NCBI GenBank assembly: GCA_958009085.1
Contig: OY253673.1
Coordinates: forward strand, 1,478,630 to 1,498,471
DNA length: 19,842 nucleotides
DNA from: Protoeuglena noctilucae
Taxonomy: Eukaryota
Reading direction: 5' to 3'
Part shown: positions 1 to 7,518 of the stretch, in pieces
Layout: the number at the start of each line of letters is the position of its first letter
Numbering within the stretch: the first letter of the stretch is position 1
The notes under the pieces: model-generated
Databases searched by the model: none
Seen by the model: only the letters and a program-made list of their open reading frames with translations
Told to the model about the DNA's origin: nothing
Translations under genes and position numbers: made by a program

Positions 1-28
1 GCACCCCCGCTCGATGTCTGTTCTGCTT

Positions 29-68
29 ATATCTACATCATATCTATATCTATATCTACATCTATACA
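29..68 (+). repeat. Intronic (ATCTAY)n-like microsatellite
   Basis: atatctacatcatatctatatctatatctacatctataca, in the partial first intron (acceptor AG 110-111). Confidence 0.75.
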
Positions 69-111
69 GCTCACCGCCTCTCTCCCTCTCCTCCCCCCCC
101 CCACCCCCCAG

Positions 112-3100
112 CCTGGTCCAGGCGCACGCCATGCGCGACCACCCCGCATGCAAGGCGCCCCTGATGCCCCCCGCCCCTCCCCCCGCGGTGGGGGGAGAGC
201 CGCACTGCGTATTTCGCCCTCCTGCGGGTCATGCGGTGGCTGGCCAGCTCCGGGCTGGACCCCCAACGACCCAAGGAACGCGGACCTGCTGGAGCTGAAG
301 AAGTACAGGCGAGGGATGAGATAGATGGAGGGGTAGTACAGGCGAGGGATGGGAAGGGGGTGGTAGTGGTTACGAGGAGTTGAGAAGGAGAGGGATTTCA
401 ATGCGGCGTTGTCCGTGGGTGCAAGACAGCCGCTCTCCCTCCCCTCCCCCCCCAGGGAGCTAGAGGTGCAGCGTGGGGGTGGCGACGGCGTGGACGCCGC
501 TCTGCCCGACGCCGGGTCGCTGCGCCTGCAGCCGGCGAGGGAGGCGGCGGTGGGGAGGGGGGGCGTGTTTGCGGCCAGGCGCGCCAAGATGCTGCGGCTG
601 CGGTGGGAGGGGGAGACGAGGAGCAGCAAGAGCATGGGGTTCTGCATGCCGGTGAGGGAGTGAGGGGTTGCAGATCACAACACACAAGGTCGCCCTCCAT
701 CCACAGCTCTCTCCCTATCTTTGCTTGCACACCCACCACCACCCCCCTCCCCCATCACAGATCTCGGACGGCCAGGTGCAGGACCTGGACATCCACCGCC
801 TGCTGAAACGCAGCGGCATCCCCGAGCGCGACCTCCGGCAGCGCGTGGCGGAGGAGCTGGACCTGGCGGCGCAGGAGCGGCTGGTGCGGAGGGCCATGGA
901 CGCGCCCTCGCTCACCGCCCTGCAGGACCGCAGCCGGGCGATTGCAGAGTTCGCATACGACATTCGGCAGGCGGCGGTGGCCGGCCGCGCCAGCGAGGGC
1001 GCCCCCTCCCTGCGCGCCACCGACGACGTCGTGCGGCAGCCGCGCGTCGACCTGCTGCGGCTGGACGTGGGGGGGGTGGTCCGGGACGCCCTGCGCCCGC
1101 GCGCCAAGCTGCGCCCGGCCCGGCAGCGCGCCGTCGTGGCATCCACGGTCCCGCGCGACCTGGCGCTGGTGGTGGTGGTGCAGTCGGCCGAGCACCTGCC
1201 CATGCGCGCCGAGGCTGCCGAGGCGGTGCGCGATGCGGGGGGATACCTGGGCCCATCCGCGGACGAGCAGGCGCTGCTTGCGTGTTTCGCGGAGGTGCTG
1301 TTCGGGGACTACGCCGTGCGCACGCAGACGCAGATCGGCACCTCCGCCTCCTTCAACGAGGTGGGGGGGGGCTGCTTATATGTGTGCCGCTTAGATGTGT
1401 GCCTTGGAAAGATGTGTGCCTTAGAAATGAGATGTGTTCATTGCGGATGGAAAGGCAGTCCGCCTTCTTCCACGAGGTGGGGGTGACACTGGCTGGATGT
1501 GCGTGTGGTGGGTTTGCAGTGCCGGGGTCGCATGCGGCGAGTGGCTGTGTCTGATTGCTGTAGTTGCGAGGCTCAGCAGCAGTGGCGTCTCCCCACTCTG
1601 CCACTCTCGCCCCCCTCCATGCCCGTCGCTCATCCATAACCGTAACCCCTCCATCCCCCACCCCAGGTCCTCACGCTCCCCGTGGAGGCCCCCGACGGCC
1701 AGGAGCTGACCCCTCGCTTTTTATGGCTGTACGACGAGCCCATCGTGATCAACTTCTTTGACGAGGTGGCCGTGCAGACGGGAGGGGGGCTGCGGCCCAG
1801 GGAGGGCGCGGACCTGTCCAAGTACAAGCCCGCCATCGGGCAGGGGCAGGCGAGGGCAGTTTGCTGTACAGCGCGTTCCCTGCTCTGACTAAAGCACATT
1901 CCCTACCCCTTCCTCGCACGCACCCCCACCCTGCACCCACGCCCGTCGCACCCTCACCTGTCCCCCGCCCCCTTCGCAGACGGTGGTGACATTGGAGCGT
2001 CGCTTTTTGGGTTCTCTCCGCGTCCCCTTCTCGTCCGTCTTCAAGGCCGGCTCACTGCAGGGGTCCATGCGCATCGACGTCCCTGCTGCCAGCCTGGGGT
2101 ACACCCACAACCCGGCGGGGAGCCCGTCCGCCACCGTGTTCATCACCATGGCGAGTGGCATGGATGACCCATGGTGGCAGTCTGCGCGTAGAGCAGGGTA
2201 ACAAAGATGCAGGGATGCCCTCTGCACTGCGAGCGTGTCCGGCGACCGTGACATGCACGCCCACTGATGCGTTGCGCGTAGAGTGATAGAGACACACAGA
2301 CGCTCTCTGCATGGCGTGCATGTATCAGGCAGCTGTGACATCATACATACACCCCCACCCTCCCCCCCGCAGAGTCCCCAGGTGCCCCACCCCGACCCCG
2401 TCATTGACGAGCAGAGGGCGGGGGAGAGCCCAGAGCTGCAGGCCAGAGTGGCAGAGGCGAGAGATGCGCATGAATTCACACCCACTGCAATGGCATGCGA
2501 CGCTGTTCACCCCTGCTATCTACTCTGCAGTCGCAGCAGCACACACCCCTCGCGTTCACTCCACAGTGGCAGCAACACGTGACCACCCACCCCCCTCCCC
2601 TTCCCCCCCGCAGTGGCAGCAGGACGTCTTCCGCCGCACCCGCGGCCGCAACCGCGCCTCGTTGGTGGCCGTGGACAAGGCAGGCACGGCCGTGCTCATG
2701 CTGCGGTACGTCGCCCCGATCCCCTCCCCCCCCTCGCTAGCCGTGCGCCCCGAATCCGGCGCCGCTGCCCCGCGTCGCCTGGCATGGTTCGTCTCCCATG
2801 TGCCGTTCGTGGAGGACGACAACCTGGAGGCCGACCGCGAGGACATCTGGATGACGGCGGCCGACTTTGTGCGGCTGGGGGCGGGGGACCAGGAGGAGCA
2901 CGCCTGCCTGCTCGCGGGGTACTTCCTCAACATGGGGCAGGCGAGATGTGAATGGGGGGTAGATGCGGACGGCCAGGAGTGTGGCCCTGTCGACACGTCG
3001 CGTCTCTACCCTTCCTTCACTCCCCTTCCATCTCAACCCCTTTGCTCGCATCGCATCTCTCTCTTTCACCCTTGTCTCTCCCCTCCCTCTCATCGGATCT

Positions 3101-5061
3101 CTTTCACCCACTCATGCCCCATATCTCTCATCGACCCGCCCCCCCCCCCCCCCCCTATCGTCATATTAACATCATCCACTTATATCCCTCCCCCTCCATC
3201 TCCCACCCCAGGAGGCCTTTGTGGTGTCCGGCACCTCCACTGCCTCCAGCAGCGACTACTTCGTCCTCACCACGGGCAGGGCACACGACGAGGGGCGGTG
3301 GGCGCTGCAGCCGGGGCAGAAGACCACCCCCACGGACATCGCAGGCAGCGGCATCACGGGCGAGTGATGCGACACGGCCACGGTCGCTGCGTGCCCATGC
3401 ACTGCCCTATCCCACCGCATGCGTCGTCACTCATACGCCCACTATGGCACTATGGCCACCACTGTTCCCTCCCCTAACCACCGCATGCGGTGCCACTCAT
3501 CCCCTCTCCCGTCTTCACGGCATGCTGTATCTCACTCCTCCCCCTTCCTTCCCCCCCCCAGTCGCGTCTCTCACCCTCTGGAATGCCACCAAGGGCACAT
3601 CCGTCCCCGCCACGGACCCACAGAACGAACTCCGCGCCGTGTCGGTGGTGTTCAACGGGGGTGAGTTGCCGGGCAGATGGGGTGCATTAATGAGATGAGA
3701 CCACGCGCTTTGACGTTGCTGCATAGTACTAGCTGCTCTTATACGCTGCCGCACAGCAGCAGGAACACCGCCGTACAGCTCCCCCCCCCTCCCTCTCCCC
3801 CCAGCCAACGCCTGGGCCAACGTGCAGCCGTCCGCGCACCCCTGGGAGATCGACTGGGACCTCGACAACCCCCGCCTGTGGATGCCCCTCTTCAGCCCCG
3901 CGTTCCCACCGCGCAGCCTCGCGTCCGTGCAGGGGGAGGTGAGACGGGCGGGGAGGCAGTTTGTCATGAGTGGAACAACGATGCCCATTCATGCTGCCAT
4001 GCACCCACCGCATGCGAGTGTTGTGTCACCCACTCCCCCTCTCACGCACCGCATTGCACTCATCCTCTCTCCCCAGGTGTCGTATGAGGAGCACCGCCAC
4101 GAGTTCTTCGAGGACCTGGCGCGGAAGCTGGCCGAGGAGGTGCGGGAGGTCATCCGCGACGCACGCCTGGATCTGCTCTCCACCACCGCCCACTTCGACG
4201 CCACCCTGGACACCAAGCTCAAGGCGAGGATGGGGGGGAGGTGGCGTGGATGACATGCGTGCATGCATTGCTCTACTGCTTATCACTGCTCGCCTCTGCC
4301 TCTGATCCCGCCCATGCTGACCCAAGCACACAGCCCCTCACTTCCCCATCACCATACGCCCTCACCTGCCCCCACCCTCCATCACCTCCCCTCACCCGCC
4401 CTCACCTCCCCGCCCCCCCAGCGCCTCCTCCGCGACGCCCACGCCGACATGGAGAGAGGCTTCGCGTCCCTCCCCGCGTCGGACCCCCCCCCCGGCGTCG
4501 GCACCCTGGGTTCTTCGACCGTGGGGCGGTACCCCCGTGCAGCGGTCGAGAAGATCCAGGGCGACCACCGAGCGGTGCTGCTGCGGGAGTTCCCATCCTA
4601 CGACGTGCAGGGGGTACTGCTGCACATGCCATTCGGGGACATCGAGGATAAGCTGGCCGAGGTCATCCTCAACACCGGTGAGCGTGTTGGAGAGGGGGAG
4701 GGTGTGTATGTGGGTGTGGGGGTGGGTGAGGGTGGGGATGAACGGGGAGAGAGAGATGCGCGTGGGTGCTTGTGATGAACATGCGAGAGAGGGAGTCGAG
4801 AGTGGGGAGTCGCACCGGCTGTCTTCGTGAGGGATGCGTCGTCACTCACCCGCACCGCCCCGCTTCCCCCGTGCAGACCTGCACATGGCCCTGGGCGAGG
4901 GGGTCAAGTTCGGCGTGGACGTCCACTGCCAGCCCATGGGGTGCAGGTTCGCATTCCCCGTCTACATCTACCTCGTCCACCTCCGACGCAAGCCCGCACA
5001 CCTGCCCAGGGAACGGGGCCCTGCGCTGCCGCAGCCGCAGCCGCAGCCGCAACTCCGATAG
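112..5061 (+). CDS. CC2D2A: Coiled-coil and C2 domain-containing protein 2A (CC2D2A/MKS6), ciliary transition-zone protein; 5'-truncated by the window edge, about 900 aa encoded here
   Basis: Inferred exons: 112-308, 456-651, 761-1360, 1667-1849, 1980-2150, 2373-2456, 2614-2940, 3212-3359, 3562-3660, 3805-3938, 4077-4223, 4422-4677, 4877-5061(TAG). All 12 junctions are phase-consistent. The spliced protein shows CC2D2A-type motifs in the expected order: RW..SSGLDPNDPRNADLL (needs a 1-nt correction near 260), RRAKMLRLR, C2 domain (LVVVVQSAEHLPMR..FAEVLF..FNEVLTLP..INFFDE..ERRFLGSLRVPFSSV), CEP76-like transglutaminase-like domain (WFVSHVPF..DIWMT..GAGDQEEHACLLAGYF..LWNATKG..NAWANVQ..W.PLF), and C-terminal FGVDVHCQP..VYIYL. 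Recognised from memory of the family, no search run. Confidence 0.9.
309..455 (+). other. GC-AG spliceosomal intron (CC2D2A)
   Basis: AG|GCGAGG ... C-rich CAG; joins KKY-R-ELEV in phase 2; read-through hits TAG at 322-324. Confidence 0.75.
1380..1437 (+). repeat. Short intronic tandem repeat (atgtgtgcc core)
   Basis: atgtgtgcc occurs three times, plus a partial agatgtgt, inside CC2D2A intron 1361-1666. Confidence 0.7.
1850..1979 (+). other. GC-AG spliceosomal intron (CC2D2A)
   Basis: CAG|GCGAGG ... ttcgcag; phase 0 join to TVVTLERRFLG. Confidence 0.75.
2151..2372 (+). other. GC-AG spliceosomal intron (CC2D2A)
   Basis: ATG|GCGAGT ... ccccgcag; gives VFITM-SPQV, matching the family FIT.EP-like segment. 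Confidence 0.75.
2457..2613 (+). other. GC-AG spliceosomal intron (CC2D2A)
   Basis: GAG|GCGAGA ... cccgcag; phase 0 join VAE-WQQDV. Confidence 0.75.
2941..3211 (+). other. GC-AG spliceosomal intron (CC2D2A)
   Basis: CAG|GCGAGA ... ccccag; joins YFLNMGQ-EAFVVSG within the transglutaminase-like domain. Confidence 0.85.
3360..3561 (+). other. GC-AG spliceosomal intron (CC2D2A)
   Basis: CGG|GCGAGT ... cccccag; phase 1 join to VASLTLWN. Confidence 0.72.
4224..4421 (+). other. GC-AG spliceosomal intron (CC2D2A)
   Basis: AAG|GCGAGG ... cccccag; joins DTKLK-RLLRD. Confidence 0.8.
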
Positions 5062-5706
5062 CACGGCCGAGGCGCCGGCGCTGACTTTGGACTTTTCTCA
5101 GCTTGCCAGTGACAGATTGTGACACTCGCGACCCACGCACTTGAAACGGCACTGCATCTGGCGCCAGACACGGCCGCCATTCGCTTATCCGCCAAAGTGC
5201 GAATAAGTGGGGTCTAATGCGACTGTGGGCAATCCGCGCGGCACCGTTAAGGGCGTATCTAGCATACACTGCACCCGCGTGCGCAAAAATCGACACGAGG
5301 GCAAGAGGCATCGGGTTGTGCTTCGCGACGCACACAAGAGGCCCCCGCCGGTCGTTATAGATAGGGTCCATCCGATCGGCTTTGCAGCGGAGCACACGGC
5401 GCCAAACCTGCCCGTTGCAGGGCATGCAGAGTCCCGCGTTTGAAATTCTCGCTCTGGGTGGACGTCGCTGAATAAGCGTATCCTCACGGAGGTCGTGGAG
5501 AGGGAGGGAGAGCGAGGTGACGCGTGGCGGGTGGCTGCGGAGCGGCCTTTCCGCGTTTTGCTTGTCATCTTTGTTTCTTCCCCCCTCCCCCGTCGCTGGT
5601 CGATGTCGCCGCACCCGGCCAATGGCGCTGCTTGCTGTCGAAGTATGTGCGAGGCCAGTGCGACGACGAGCGGCCCTAGACGACCACTCCGCAGGTGCTC
5701 CCGGGG

Positions 5707-7234
5707 ATGGCCATGGTGCAGGTGTACGCCGAGCCCTTCGCGCGGCGGCAATACGCGCCGTGGGTGTCGCATGCCGTCGTCTACCGCATCCTTTCGTGGG
5801 CCCTCACACGTGAGTCGCTGACATGAAGCCACGCGCCGCTCGCTCCCGCGGGTGGGATGCGACCCGTGCCCCTCCCGCCCCCAGTGCTCGCGTCGGCGGT
5901 GATTGCGTTCGCGGCGGGCGGCCTGTGGGAGAAGTACAGCGTGGCGGTGTCCCAGCCGACCGTGGACTTCACGTATGACATGGTGGTGGTGCTGGAGGGG
6001 GACGCGTCGGCCGGGGGAGGGGAGCGGGTGTGGACGACGTCGGCGGCGATGAACGCGGCGCTGGGCCCGCGTCTGCTGGCGGCGAGCGTGCAGGTGGCGG
6101 CGGACGACGAGAACAACGACGGGAAGAAGGACGTGTTTGACATTGTGTGGAGGGGGTACGGGGCCAGGGCCGTCACGGGGGTCAAAGTCCTCACGCAGGT
6201 GAGGGGGCAGGGGCAGTGGTTGGTAGGGGCAGTGGTTGGTAGCACAGACTCACGCAGGCGAGGGGCAGTGGTAGGGACAGGGCAGGGGCAGGGGCAGGGT
6301 AGCACCGTCGTCCTACAGACGAGGGGCAAAGCCAGTGGTAGGGGCAGGAACGGGACTTATCTGCCAATGCGAGGGTGGTCTTTCACCCGCGTGCCTGACC
6401 ACATCTCACTTACCGTCGTCGCTCGCAGTACAAGTACACGTTCAACGACACGGTCAGCCTGCAGATGTACTCGCTGGCCTATGCGGAACACGCGGGTGCC
6501 GCGCCCGGCCGTGGCGCCTACATCGACGGGCAGCTGCGCCTGGTGCAGGACGTGGTGCCGGCAGCCAAGGCAGTGCGGTGAGGGGGCGCAAGGTGGGGGT
6601 TAGCATGCAGCAGCACTTATGCAGCGGCACCGCTCACACTGCCGGTCCCCTCTCCTCCCCGCAGCACCCAGTACCTCTCCAAGCCCCTCCAGGACCCCGG
6701 CAGCGGCACCGACACGCTTCAGCCCACCGTGGAGTCCAACCTCGTGCGCATCCTGGCATCCTACCACGACCGCGACGAGGCGAGCGGGGGGAGAGAGGGA
6801 CGCGGTTGTGAGTGAATGAGTTGAGTTGAGAGCACACGCACAGCTGCACTTATGTGTTTGGCTGCCCCGCAGGTGACGGTGCTGGACAGCCCCACCCGCG
6901 TGTGGCAGGTGGGGGACTCTTCGGAGTTCGTGCTGCAGATGCGCGTGAGGGTCCCCAAGGCACAGGAGTACCGGTACAAGAGGCGAGAGCTGCATTGGGA
7001 TAGCACCACCACCCACGGCCACTGCTCTGCCGCCGCGTCGACCCATGCGACCACCCCTTCCCTGCTCCCCCCAGGGACCGCCTGCAAGTGCTCCTCCTGG
7101 CCTGGGTCCAGATCCTCGCCATCTTCTACGTCCTCTGGTGGCTCGTCGGCCGCCTGTCCTCGGTGCTCTTCCACTTCCGCGTCTTTCGCACCCGCGTGGC
7201 ATCGGACCTCGACAAGAAGCTACACCACTTCTAG
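5707..7234 (+). CDS. TMEM231: Transmembrane protein 231, MKS-module ciliary transition-zone protein, 316 aa
   Basis: Inferred exons: 5707-5809, 5885-6198, 6429-6577, 6665-6779, 6873-6982, 7075-7234(TAG); 951 nt, in frame. Protein: MAMVQVYAEPFARRQYA.., N-terminal TM helix followed by GLWEK..QPTVDF, DDENNDGKKD, YIDGQLRLVQ, ILASYHDRD, and C-terminal TM ..AWVQILAIFYVLWWLV..KKLHHF. The two-TM topology, these motifs and the length fit the TMEM231 family. Alternative start ATG at 5713. Confidence 0.88.
6190..6349 (+). repeat. G-rich degenerate minisatellite in TMEM231 intron 2
   Basis: Repeated ggggcag and ggggcagtggttggtag blocks, plus re-occurrence of ctcacgcagg(t/c)gagggg. Confidence 0.75.
6780..6872 (+). 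other. GC-AG spliceosomal intron (TMEM231)
   Basis: GAG|GCGAGC ... cccgcag; joins YHDRDE-VTVL. Confidence 0.8.
6983..7074 (+). other. GC-AG spliceosomal intron (TMEM231)
   Basis: AG|GCGAGA ... ccccag; phase 2 join YRYKR-DRLQVLLLAWVQ; no GT is available in the intron. Confidence 0.85.
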
Positions 7235-7518
7235 TATAGGGGACGCTAGGATGATAGGCACGGGGGATGCGGGGTTTGCATGCGCGCACGTTCAAGCGAT
7301 CGAGTGTCACTACGTCACTAGGTCACAGCAAGGGCGATGGCCGCATGTCACAGCTCCGCCGCCCACGTCACGGGCCGCCACGGCAGCAGCTGGCCATTGG
7401 GGGCGATCATCGACAGGCGAGCGCGGAGAAGGCGGCGACGGGCACCTGCGGGGAGGGGCAAAGGGCAACGGTCGACCTGCGCAATGCGGATGACTGCTGT
7501 GTCAGGATGGCAGTGCCA

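Noticed and set aside
3472..3479. CCCTAACC as a telomerase template or interstitial telomere
   Set aside because: Single short match inside an intron; equally a CTAAC branch-like motif or chance.
2614..3938. CEP76 or an active transglutaminase/peptidase
   Set aside because: The upstream LDPNDP and C2 segments match CC2D2A, and the catalytic Cys position reads GDQEEH, as in the inactive fold.
5434..5445. cccgcgtttgaa as a CDE/CHR-like promoter element, and a possible 5'UTR intron 5517-5694 of TMEM231
   Set aside because: Short motifs that cannot be distinguished from chance without TSS or transcript data.
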